Source: Candidatus Xenobia bacterium (GTDB taxonomy: Bacteria; Vulcanimicrobiota; Xenobia; Xenobiales; QWHO01). Taken from it: a DNA stretch of 64,000 nt. The notes below the pieces were generated by a model. The model was not told the origin of the DNA, did no database searches, and was given only the letters and a program-made list of their open reading frames with translations. Made by a program: the position numbers and the translations under genes. Positions 29,837 through 38,175 of this stretch are shown in pieces; position 1 is the stretch's first letter; the number at the start of each line of letters is the position of its first letter. The stretch lies in contig BTUM01000027.1 in assembly GCA_045863235.1 (NCBI GenBank), positions 20,667 through 84,666 of the forward strand, in the 5' to 3' direction.

Positions 29837-30255
29837 TGGGGCCTCCCGGTGGCCTGCATGGCGCTGTCTTCCTCACCCATCGACTTCTCTTCATCGATAA
29901 ACGGCAAGGCAAAGTCCGTCACAAAGGGAATCTTGACATACTGACCGCGCCACGCCATCAACATGGCGTAGAGGACGGCCAGCAGGGAAAGCCAGCCCAG
30001 AAGCTTGACGAGAGGGTAGAGCATCAAGCCAAAAAGCGGGTTGCGGCCCAGGAAGGCGGCAAGAGTGCGAACCAGAACCCCGCCCCCCCAGAGGGCCAGG
30101 CCCATGAAGAACCCCTGATAGCTGTGATAACGCAGAAACCGGATCGCTCGCTTCTCCGGGGTCAGGTAAACCAGAAGGAAGACCAGCGGCCAGAAGGGAT
30201 AGGCCAACCCGGCCAACAGTCGGTCGTCGCGCGACACGCTCAGGTCCTTGCTCAA
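29833..30255 (-). CDS. DUF4870/Tic20-like membrane protein
   Basis: LAGLAY...FLRYHSYQG...IPFV pattern, 3 TMs. Confidence 0.7.
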   Translation of the reverse strand: MSKDLSVSRDDRLLAGLAYPFWPLVFLLVYLTPEKRAIRFLRYHSYQGFFMGLALWGGGVLVRTLAAFLGRNPLFGLMLYPLVKLLGWLSLLAVLYAMLMAWRGQYVKIPFVTDFALPFIDEEKSMGEEDSAMQATGRPQ

Positions 30256-30449
30256 AAGAAAACGCCTCCGCTGGCGCTATTTACGCGCAAGACGAAGGCG
30301 AAACCTGCCAACCAGAGTTGGGGCCAAGCGCGAAAGGCGCCCGGACTTCCTCCACTCCCGCGCATAGAGCTGTTCAGAACTAGCAGAATGCGCGGCAATC
30401 TGTTGAACGGCGCAGCGCTAACATCTGAAGTGTTTCAACGCGCGGCGCG

Positions 30450-31259
30450 TTAGCGCAGGACGCGGCGAGAGCCGATGTATGTACGCCGATAGTAATCCTC
30501 GCGCAGGCTGCTGACGCAGACCCCACGGGAGGATGAGGCGTGAATGAACTTTCCATCGCCGAGGTAGATGCCTACATGGGACGGACCGGGGAGGTAGGTC
30601 TCGAAGAAGACCAGGTCGCCCGGCTGCTCCTGGCCACGGGCTACGCCCACGCCAGCGTTGAACTGGACGTCGGCGGTGCGGGGCAACCGGATTCCGTTCA
30701 TGGCAAAGACGCGCTGGGTGAATCCCGAACAGTCGATCCCTCGAGCGGTCGTGCCCCCCATTACGTAAGGAGTGCCCATGAAGCCGTTGGCGCTACGAAT
30801 CACGCTGGAAACCAGGCGGCCACGCCGCGAGCCCGCCAGGGAATGCCGGTCGCCGCTGCGGTCGAGTCCAGGCTCGTAGGCCATCTCGACCACTCGACCA
30901 TCCGGGCCGATGATGCGCCGGAGTTGCTCGGGCTTGGCGTCGATCTTGATCAGGTGCGCAGCCGGCGGCTCGGCATCGAGACCTGCGATCACAAGCGGAT
31001 CCTGCACTTGCTCGGTTCCCGAGCCGACTTCGTCGGCCGTCGGCAGCACGAGCACCGTGCCGGCCGTCAGAGCATCAGACTTCTTCAGGCCAGGGTTGGC
31101 CTGCAAAATTGCATTGACATTGAGGCTGTGAGCCTTGGCAATTTTGGTCAGAGTGTCGGTGGCGCGAACCGAGTAGAGTATTTCGGCTCGGGCCGGGGCC
31201 ATCAGGGCCAGCAATCCCAGCACCATGACGGCATTCTTGAGGCGGACATTGATCCTCAA
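30450..31259 (-). CDS. LysM + NlpC/P60 peptidoglycan endopeptidase
   Basis: Signal peptide, LysM (YSVRATDTLTKIA), PYVMGG, DCSGF, HVGIY, HAS. Confidence 0.92.
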   Translation of the reverse strand: MRINVRLKNAVMVLGLLALMAPARAEILYSVRATDTLTKIAKAHSLNVNAILQANPGLKKSDALTAGTVLVLPTADEVGSGTEQVQDPLVIAGLDAEPPAAHLIKIDAKPEQLRRIIGPDGRVVEMAYEPGLDRSGDRHSLAGSRRGRLVSSVIRSANGFMGTPYVMGGTTARGIDCSGFTQRVFAMNGIRLPRTADVQFNAGVGVARGQEQPGDLVFFETYLPGPSHVGIYLGDGKFIHASSSRGVCVSSLREDYYRRTYIGSRRVLR

Positions 31260-31577
31260 AGAAACACCTGCCTTTCTTGAATCCCAATCACCAGCGTTCG
31301 GCTCGTGATTGAAAAAGATTCCCCCTCGTTATGGTCTTCCTTCGCTTTCTGCGAGAAGAGTCCTCTCTCTCGCCACAGCCTCTCAAGTGCTTGATTTGAA
31401 GCCGTTCCTTCTCATTGTCGACAGCGAAGGACTGCTTTGAGGCACGGCCTTCCCTCCCCCGATGGAAGATTACCTGGTCTCGAATCAACTTCAAAGGAAC
31501 AAGTCTTCGACCGCTCCTGCCTTCGCGGACATTCTCCCCGGGGGAACTGCTCGCGAAAATGTAGAAAGGCCGCTCCG

Positions 31578-32078
31578 ATGTTGCTCTGCTATCACTGCCT
31601 GAACCTGAGCAAGCCCCAGGATCAGTGCGAACACTGTGGAGCTGACCTACCGGCCCGCAAAGCCCCTCCGCGCATCCAGACAAAGACGGCCCTGCTGAAC
31701 CGCTGGTCGCTCGAGTATCGAACCCGAGACATCGAGCGCCCCGAGCTCGAAACCCGGTTGGCCGAAGAGGAGCGGACTATCCGAACGATTCTTGGCCAGG
31801 CAGCCGACGAGCAGTTCGACTCCGAATCCCTGCCGATGGTCGAGGAAGAGCTCCGCACCGGACGCCAGGGCCTGCAAGCCTACCTCGAGGCCCTGGCCGG
31901 GTTTCGGACCTGGCTCGACACGGTTGACTCCGGCGAGCTCAAACGGGTCCTGGCCCTGGCCGCTCAGGCCGACAGTCTCATGAACGATGCGGTAGCAATG
32001 AACTTTAACAACTATCGCACTTACCTGGAGAGCATGGGGGAGTTTCTCCACCAGGCAGGCTACCAGGGGCCACAATAG
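31578..32078 (+). CDS. Zinc-ribbon plus helical-bundle hypothetical protein
   Basis: MLLCYHC...CEHC; helical domain similar to the 33125 ORF. Confidence 0.7.
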   Translation: MLLCYHCLNLSKPQDQCEHCGADLPARKAPPRIQTKTALLNRWSLEYRTRDIERPELETRLAEEERTIRTILGQAADEQFDSESLPMVEEELRTGRQGLQAYLEALAGFRTWLDTVDSGELKRVLALAAQADSLMNDAVAMNFNNYRTYLESMGEFLHQAGYQGPQ

Positions 32079-32099
32079 AGCTGATTCGCAGGCCAGGCC

Positions 32100-32978
32100 T
32101 TACTTGAGCAGCCCCTTCATGGGCTCGAACAGGCTGTCCTGAAGCCCGGCATTCACCTTGACCCCGCGATAGACCCGTGCCTGACGCAGAACCTGGTCGA
32201 CGTAAATCTCCAGCCGCATGGGAAGATAGCGACCGTCTTCGAGTTGCTTGATGTCGCGGTAGACGACCTTCTTTTCACCGGGCCCGCTGGAGCCTTCGCC
32301 CTTGACCTTCACGACGAGTTGCAGGGGCACACGCCGAGCCGGGTCGATCCAGACCCGCGTCGGCAGGTCGGGGTGCTCAGGATTGGAGATCTCCACCACT
32401 TTTACGGGAATGCCCTCGAAAGACTCCGAGCCCACCAGCTTGTAGTCGTCATTGGCGTCGTGGGGATACTTCTGCAGACTGAAGGGGAGCTGCAAGCTCG
32501 GCTGCTGAGTATCGGCCCCCTTCTTGACGGGGTACTGGCCCATGGAGATGAACATCCACATGTTGCTGCCATCGCGAATGATGACGGCTTGCTTACCATC
32601 GAGTTGAGTGCCGGGCTCGTGGAACACGGTATCCACTCGAAGTCGATTGGGAAACTTGTAGTAAACCCGGTCGGTGCCGGAAGGAAGGAGGTTTCCCACC
32701 CCATCCTGCTCGACCAGTTCGCTGCACTCGATCTCCAGAATCAGGTCGCGAATGGGCAATCCCTGAGCTGGCGTGTAGAGATTGTCAACCAGCTGACGGG
32801 CTTCGCTGGAAGAGACTCCGGGGACCGGGCCGGGGACTGGAGAGCCTGTCGCAGTTGGGGAGGCGGCGGGATTGGATGGGCCGGTCACACGACCGCTGGG
32901 GTAGTTTTGAGCCAGAGCTGGCCAGCCGGCCAGACACAAAAGCAGGGCGAGACACAGGACCATCGACCTGGAGTACAC
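32100..32978 (-). CDS. LolA-like / outer-membrane lipoprotein-sorting protein
   Basis: Signal peptide; YYKFPNRLRVD, VWID...PLQ, VNAGLQDSLFE pattern. Confidence 0.7.
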   Translation of the reverse strand: MYSRSMVLCLALLLCLAGWPALAQNYPSGRVTGPSNPAASPTATGSPVPGPVPGVSSSEARQLVDNLYTPAQGLPIRDLILEIECSELVEQDGVGNLLPSGTDRVYYKFPNRLRVDTVFHEPGTQLDGKQAVIIRDGSNMWMFISMGQYPVKKGADTQQPSLQLPFSLQKYPHDANDDYKLVGSESFEGIPVKVVEISNPEHPDLPTRVWIDPARRVPLQLVVKVKGEGSSGPGEKKVVYRDIKQLEDGRYLPMRLEIYVDQVLRQARVYRGVKVNAGLQDSLFEPMKGLLK

Positions 32979-33124
32979 AGCAAGACCTGTATTAGACAGG
33001 CGTCAGGGGCTCCCTTCCTTGGAGGAGTCTGGAAAAAGCTCGCCGAAGCCCGCCGCACAGCCGGATTGTAAGCGAAGCACGCAGCCAGGCTGCGAGCAGA
33101 GCAATCACCTTTGGGAGGAACTTC

Positions 33125-33613
33125 GTGAGCGAGCAGGCGGGCGACCAGACACTTCAAGATCCGTCCATGAGCAAGCTGAAGGCACAACTGCCGCAAGAAA
33201 CTGCTCAGGCGCCTGAGCCCGAGCGGGTGAATGAGCGCCTGATTCAGCTGGAGGATGCTGCTCGCAAGACAGCCGAGGGTGAGTGGTCGGCTGAAGAGCT
33301 TGGCGAGTTCCTGGACGGCATCATTCGCATTCTCAACGAGCGCGAGCAGCAGATCCGCGAGATCGAGATTCCCCCTGAGGCCGTGGAGGACTTTCGTGAG
33401 GAGCTCGAGGTCGGCTTCTCCGGTATCCAGCTCTACACCGAGGGCGTCCAGCGCATGCTGCTGTTCGTGGAAGACCCCAACCCGGCGCACCTGGAGGAAG
33501 GGCTCGAGCTGGCGCGCCAGGGCAATGACCACATCAACGAGGCCATGCGCATCAACCGCGAGAATCGCCGCAAGCTCGAAGAAATGTACATCGACGCCTC
33601 CACCATGATGTAA
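33125..33613 (+). CDS. Acidic helical-bundle hypothetical protein
   Basis: SD GGGAGG, GTG start; single copy of the helical unit. Confidence 0.75.
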   Translation: MSEQAGDQTLQDPSMSKLKAQLPQETAQAPEPERVNERLIQLEDAARKTAEGEWSAEELGEFLDGIIRILNEREQQIREIEIPPEAVEDFREELEVGFSGIQLYTEGVQRMLLFVEDPNPAHLEEGLELARQGNDHINEAMRINRENRRKLEEMYIDASTMM

Positions 33614-33635
33614 TGGAGCCCGCCGAAGGACCATG

Positions 33636-33668
33636 AAAAAAGCCCGGGCTTCGAGGCCCGGGCTTTTT
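33636..33668. terminator. Bidirectional intrinsic terminator
   Basis: AAAAAAGCCCGGGC-TTCGAG-GCCCGGGCTTTTT between convergent genes. Confidence 0.88.
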
Positions 33669-33681
33669 CGTGGTCCGAGAT

Positions 33682-35103
33682 TCAGCTTCGGAAATACTGG
33701 TGCCACATCTCGTTGACGCGTTGCATGGTCATCGCCTGGTTGACGGTCGACTCCTGGAAGGTCTTCATCCAGTAGTCCATGGTTTCTTTCATGATCTTCC
33801 AGCGCTCGGCCTCATGCTTTTGCCGCTCGGCCCAGATCTGCATCCAGATGTCGCGAGCCCCTTCCTGGTCCTGAAGGATCTGCTGCATTCGGCGAGCCTG
33901 GTCAGCCGCGGACATGGTCGGGCCGCCAGGACCACCGGGGCCTCCCGGGCCGGACGGGGGAATCCCGCTCCCGCCGGGCGGAACACCGCCACCACCGGGC
34001 GGGATGCCGCTCCCACCGGGCGGAACGCCGGTCCCCCCAGGGGGAATTCCGCTCCCTCCGGGTACGAATGCGCTGCCCCCAGGAGGCACACCGCCGCCGC
34101 CTCCAGGGGGAAGGCCCGAGCCGCCTCCAGGAGGAGTTGCTCCGCCTCCATTACCGGGCGCCTCGGCCACCGGCGAGGAGAGCAGGCCCGGAGCATTGGT
34201 GGAGCCGAGCAGCTGCTGCGCGGGTGGGCCTTGCAGGGCCAGACCGGACTGCTGGCCGACCAGCTGGTTTCCGCCCGGAGCCACGGGACCGCCGCCGTTG
34301 CCGGCCAGAGTCACCAGGTTCGTCCCGGCGGGAGTGCCGCCCAGGCTGTAGACCAGGCCCCTGCCCGTATTGGCGATCTGCTCCATCAGGCCGTACTGAC
34401 TGAGCTTGTCTCCGTAGGCTTTGAGCTCGGCGTTGCCAGGATCACTGGCCAGTTGAGCCGCGACTTCTTTGCTGGCTGCCTGACGGAAGATATCGATCGC
34501 GGGCGTCTGCTTGCCGGCTGCCCGATCGGCTTCGAACGCCTGGTTCAAAGCATCTCCGAAGGCAGGATTCTTAGCCAGTTGCGGGGGAACGTTGGTGCTG
34601 ATGTCGCCTTCCAGCTGGTTCAGTTGCGCAGAGGCCACATTGATGGCCGCCTGACCAGCGGCCGCGCCACCGGGCAACCCCTGACCCATCAGAGCCTTCC
34701 CCTCGTTCGCGAAGGCTGACTTGAAGCCATCCGGCGCCACCGAGACCAGCTCCACAAGCTGTTTGCCAAGTTGCTCAGGATCAAGAACTTCGGCCTGGCT
34801 CCCCGATTCGGCCCGAGGGGTGTTCTCGCGCCTGACCAGCTCGCGCGACTGGGACTCTTCGCCCTGGCGCGTCTGCTTGGCGCCGGCCTGGCCGGTGAGG
34901 CCCAGGTGGGTCGCGTTCTCCAGGTGCTCAGCGTGACGCTCCTGGTGGCTGAGGGTCACCTCGTCGTTTCGCTGCTCGACGGAGGTTCCGTCCGTCTTGC
35001 GAGTGGTTCCGGTGACCGCAGTCTGGCCCACGTGCTCGGTGCGCTTGACGAGGGCCTGCTGATTCCCGACCGCCGGATTGATGGGACTTCCACTTGTAGC
35101 CAC
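33682..35103 (-). CDS. 473-aa protein with PPGG linker and C-terminal domain homologous to the 81-aa triplicated protein
   Basis: SD AAAGGAG then GTG 35103; C-terminus aligns without gaps (AERWKI..ET, TVNQA, W..Y..S). Confidence 0.82.
   Translation of the reverse strand: MATSGSPINPAVGNQQALVKRTEHVGQTAVTGTTRKTDGTSVEQRNDEVTLSHQERHAEHLENATHLGLTGQAGAKQTRQGEESQSRELVRRENTPRAESGSQAEVLDPEQLGKQLVELVSVAPDGFKSAFANEGKALMGQGLPGGAAAGQAAINVASAQLNQLEGDISTNVPPQLAKNPAFGDALNQAFEADRAAGKQTPAIDIFRQAASKEVAAQLASDPGNAELKAYGDKLSQYGLMEQIANTGRGLVYSLGGTPAGTNLVTLAGNGGGPVAPGGNQLVGQQSGLALQGPPAQQLLGSTNAPGLLSSPVAEAPGNGGGATPPGGGSGLPPGGGGGVPPGGSAFVPGGSGIPPGGTGVPPGGSGIPPGGGGVPPGGSGIPPSGPGGPGGPGGPTMSAADQARRMQQILQDQEGARDIWMQIWAERQKHEAERWKIMKETMDYWMKTFQESTVNQAMTMQRVNEMWHQYFRS
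33950..34145 (-). repeat. Coding 21-bp tandem repeat ([LVI]PPGG[GST]G, ~8-9 units)
   Basis: Visible in the translation: LPPGGGG-VPPGGSA...IPPGGTG-VPPGGSG-IPPGGGG. Confidence 0.8.
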
Positions 35104-35134
35104 GAAGCTCGCTCCTTTATCCCAGGTGTGTGGA

Positions 35135-35190
35135 GTATACCAGCCTGCGCTGAAGGCGTAAACGTCGAGTTTGTTTCCAAACTGTAAACA
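35135..35190 (-). promoter_or_regulatory. Promoter TTTACG-N17-TATACT with upstream box TGTTTCCA-aac-TGTAAACA
   Basis: Read directly; box at 35172-35190. Confidence 0.6.
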
Positions 35191-35319
35191 GATGGCCAAT
35201 CCGATAAATGTTAAAGCCCCGGGCGCCTGGAGCGTGGTCGGGCGTCGCGCAGCCGGAAATTGCCTCCGGGGCGCGACGACCACCCATCCACCGAGCCCAG
35301 AAAGCCCGGCGGCATCGGC

Positions 35320-35565
35320 CTAGCTCTTGATGTAGTCGCTCCATTTGTTGAACATCTTGTCCTGCGTCTTGGCCTGGTTGACGGTCACGTCCTGCTGAAT
35401 CTCGAAAATCTTCGTCTGTGTCTCGCGCAGAATCTTCCAGCGCTCGGCCTGCTGCTTTTGCGTATCGGCCATCATCTGGGTCTGAATGGTCTGGGCCTGC
35501 ATCTGGTCGCTCAGGGCCATCTGGGCGATCGAGGCGGCGTTGGCGGCTCCACCGATGAGTAACAT
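35320..35565 (-). CDS. 81-aa helical protein, copy 3 (candidate pilin/needle subunit)
   Basis: SD AGGAGGG; protein identical to copies 1 and 2. Confidence 0.88.
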   Translation of the reverse strand: MLLIGGAANAASIAQMALSDQMQAQTIQTQMMADTQKQQAERWKILRETQTKIFEIQQDVTVNQAKTQDKMFNKWSDYIKS

Positions 35566-35683
35566 GGTCGGTCCCTCCTGATTCTCTCTCTATCCCTCAA
35601 AAGTAGACGAAAGCTCTGAAAAAAAGCTGAGGGGCCGGCCTTGCGACCGACCCCGCAGAGAAAGCCCCACCCGATACAGGGAC

Positions 35684-35929
35684 TTAGCTCTTGATATAGT
35701 CGCTCCACTTGTTGAACATCTTGTCCTGCGTCTTGGCCTGGTTGACCGTGACGTCCTGCTGAATTTCGAAGATCTTGGTCTGCGTCTCGCGCAGAATCTT
35801 CCAGCGCTCGGCCTGCTGCTTCTGCGTATCGGCCATCATCTGGGTCTGAATGGTCTGGGCCTGCATCTGGTCGCTCAGGGCCATCTGGGCGATCGAGGCG
35901 GCGTTGGCTGCTCCACCAATGAGTAGCAT
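35684..35929 (-). CDS. 81-aa helical protein, copy 2
   Basis: SD GGGAGG; own promoter TTTACT-N17-GATAGA upstream. Confidence 0.88.
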   Translation of the reverse strand: MLLIGGAANAASIAQMALSDQMQAQTIQTQMMADTQKQQAERWKILRETQTKIFEIQQDVTVNQAKTQDKMFNKWSDYIKS

Positions 35930-36139
35930 TGTTTTCGGTCCTCCCGGGTGTGTTATTTTTGACTTCTCTGTCTTGGGACTTCTATCACGCGCCCGGGCCG
36001 GAAAGTAAAGATGCTTGTCTCTGTATCCGGGCAGTTTTCCTGAGGACGGCGGGTGACTTGCCGACCCGGCCGCAAGGCCGGGTCTGCAACCGAAAACGGC
36101 TCGACCTCGCGGCCGAGCCGGCTTGAAGCGGACCTGAGC

Positions 36140-36385
36140 CTAGCTCTTGATGTAGTCGCTCCACTTGTTGAACATCTTGTCCTGCGTCTTGGCCTGGTTG
36201 ACCGTGACGTCCTGCTGAATTTCAAAGATCTTCGTCTGGGTCTCACGCAGAATCTTCCAGCGCTCGGCCTGTTGCTTCTGCGTGTCGGCCATCATCTGGG
36301 TCTGGATGGTCTGGGCCTGCATCTGGTCACTCAGGGCCATCTGGGCAATTGAAGCTGCGTTGGCTGCACCACCGATTAAGAGCAT
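36140..36385 (-). CDS. 81-aa helical protein, copy 1
   Basis: SD GAAGGGG; own promoter TTTACT-N17-GATAAT upstream. Confidence 0.88.
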   Translation of the reverse strand: MLLIGGAANAASIAQMALSDQMQAQTIQTQMMADTQKQQAERWKILRETQTKIFEIQQDVTVNQAKTQDKMFNKWSDYIKS

Positions 36386-36421
36386 ACGTGAAACCCCTTC
36401 CAGCGTTTAGACTTCGCCCCT

Positions 36422-36479
36422 ATTATCCCATCCCACCTCAACAAAGTAAAGACCAATGTTTGCAAACATTTTGTTAACT
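36422..36479 (-). promoter_or_regulatory. Promoter TTTACT-N17-GATAAT with box TGCAAACA-ttt-TGTTAACT
   Basis: Read directly; box at 36461-36479. Confidence 0.6.
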
Positions 36480-36495
36480 TGTGCGACGGAAGTGC

Positions 36496-36810
36496 TCAAT
36501 CCACGTGCGTCTGGTTCACAACCAGTTTGACGCCTGCCGCCTTGAGGTCTTCCACCAGCTTCTCGTTGTTCTCGTAGAGGGTCAGCACGGTGGCGTCGCG
36601 GGCGGCCGTGACCACCACCTCCATCATTTCCAGAAAGAGCTTGGGATCCACCGAGGGGGACTCGGAAAGGCGCTTGAGCAGGTCGGTGTTCTGGGGACGC
36701 TTCATCTCCCGGGCCCAGCTCTCGAGATACATCCGATTGAAGATGCTGAGCATCGCGGGGGCGCTGAGGCCGAGCTGACCTTCCAGATCGCTGGCGGTGG
36801 CTTCTTCCAT
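36496..36810 (-). CDS. Small acidic hypothetical protein
   Basis: SD GGAGGT; 104 aa; directly follows the aminotransferase gene. Confidence 0.65.
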   Translation of the reverse strand: MEEATASDLEGQLGLSAPAMLSIFNRMYLESWAREMKRPQNTDLLKRLSESPSVDPKLFLEMMEVVVTAARDATVLTLYENNEKLVEDLKAAGVKLVVNQTHVD

Positions 36811-36816
36811 GTCGAG

Positions 36817-38163
36817 CTACCTCCTGACCACCGAGTTGATGCGGTTGGCGATATCCATCAAGTAACCGTTGATTCCCTGAGGCCCAATCTTTTGCATGTG
36901 ATCGAAGAGAGAACGCCAGGTCTCCAGCAGATGCTTGAGGTCGGCGTCGCTCGAGACATAGGGAGGCGACACTCGGATCACCTCAGGGCAGTGCACCATC
37001 GAGGTGAGCAGGATGCTGTGCTCCTCGCGAATCATCTCCTGCACGGTCAGGCCGACAGCTGGAGCCGTCGTGCACAGGCAGCGCATCAATCCCACGCCCC
37101 GATGGCCTACGGCAAGGTCCGGGAAGTCGCGGCACAGCTCGTCGAAGCCCTTCTCGAGGAGATTGCCCAGATGGGCTGAGCGCTCGACCAGTTTCTCGCT
37201 CTCGAGCGCATCCAGGGTGGCCACACCGGCCGCGCAGGCCAGCGGATTGCCGGCAAAGGTCGAGTTATTGAAGAGGGGTCGCGCCTCCTCGGCGGCCCGA
37301 ACTCGGGCCGAGTAGAGCACGGCTGAAACCGGGCAGACCGCGCCCGACAAAACTTTGCCGACACAGATCAGATCGGGCACCACTCCTGAGGCGTCCAGCG
37401 CGAACCAGCGGCCGGTGCGACCAAGTCCCGACTGGATCTCATCGGCGATCAGCAGGGCTCCGTGAGCATCGCAGAGAGCCCTGACCCGCCGCAGGTACTC
37501 GGGAGTGGCTACCGAGCAACCGGAAGCCCACTGGACCGGCTCGAGAATCACGGCGGCCACATCCGGTCCCATGGCCTTCTCGAGCGCGGCAACGTCCAGG
37601 AAGGGGACGATGGTCGCGTCGCTCAAGTTGGGCGTGCCGCTCTTCCAGTAATCGATGCCTCCCACGCTGAGGGTGCCGATCGACATTCCATGGTAGCCCA
37701 TGTGCATGCCGATGAAACGGGGGCGTCCGGTCGCCAGGCGCGCCAGCTTCAACGCCGCCTCCACCGCCTCCGTTCCCGAGTTGAGGAAGGCGCAGAAGGG
37801 CAGATTCCCCGGCACTCGCGCCGAAAGTCGAGCGGCCAGAACAGCTTGACCGGGCACGATGCCGGCTCGGGTCGAGAGCGCGGCGCGCTCGAGCTGTCGC
37901 TTCACTGCCTCGATCACTTTGGGATGCGCATGGCCCAGCCCGAAGGTACCCCCCGCACCCATGCAGTCATAGTAACGACGACCCCGAGGATCGATGAGAT
38001 AGGCGCCTTCCCCCCGCCACTCGACCAGGGCGCTGCCCAGAGCCCGCAAAGAGCGAGCCAGGGTGGGATTCATGTGCCTCTCCTGCAGGTCGAGCTGGTC
38101 GGCCAGCAACTGGGCGTACTCGGCTTCGTCGAGAACCTCGGGATAGTCCAACCAATCGCGCAT
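36817..38163 (-). CDS. Class III PLP aminotransferase (putrescine/ornithine-type)
   Basis: LGHAHP, NSGTEAVEAALK, DEIQSGLGRTG, PDLICVGKVLSG, TFAGNP. Confidence 0.9.
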   Translation of the reverse strand: MRDWLDYPEVLDEAEYAQLLADQLDLQERHMNPTLARSLRALGSALVEWRGEGAYLIDPRGRRYYDCMGAGGTFGLGHAHPKVIEAVKRQLERAALSTRAGIVPGQAVLAARLSARVPGNLPFCAFLNSGTEAVEAALKLARLATGRPRFIGMHMGYHGMSIGTLSVGGIDYWKSGTPNLSDATIVPFLDVAALEKAMGPDVAAVILEPVQWASGCSVATPEYLRRVRALCDAHGALLIADEIQSGLGRTGRWFALDASGVVPDLICVGKVLSGAVCPVSAVLYSARVRAAEEARPLFNNSTFAGNPLACAAGVATLDALESEKLVERSAHLGNLLEKGFDELCRDFPDLAVGHRGVGLMRCLCTTAPAVGLTVQEMIREEHSILLTSMVHCPEVIRVSPPYVSSDADLKHLLETWRSLFDHMQKIGPQGINGYLMDIANRINSVVRR

Positions 38164-38175
38164 GTGGGCCCTTCC

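Noticed and set aside
31260..31577. c-di-AMP (ydaO) riboswitch upstream of LysM-NlpC/P60
   Set aside because: Context is suggestive but I could not find the consensus elements; needs an Infernal/Rfam search.
35320..36385. Triplicated segment as assembly artefact or CRISPR-like array
   Set aside because: Copies differ at synonymous sites and stop codons, spacers are unrelated and contain SDs/promoters, units are 246-bp ORFs, and there are no cas genes.
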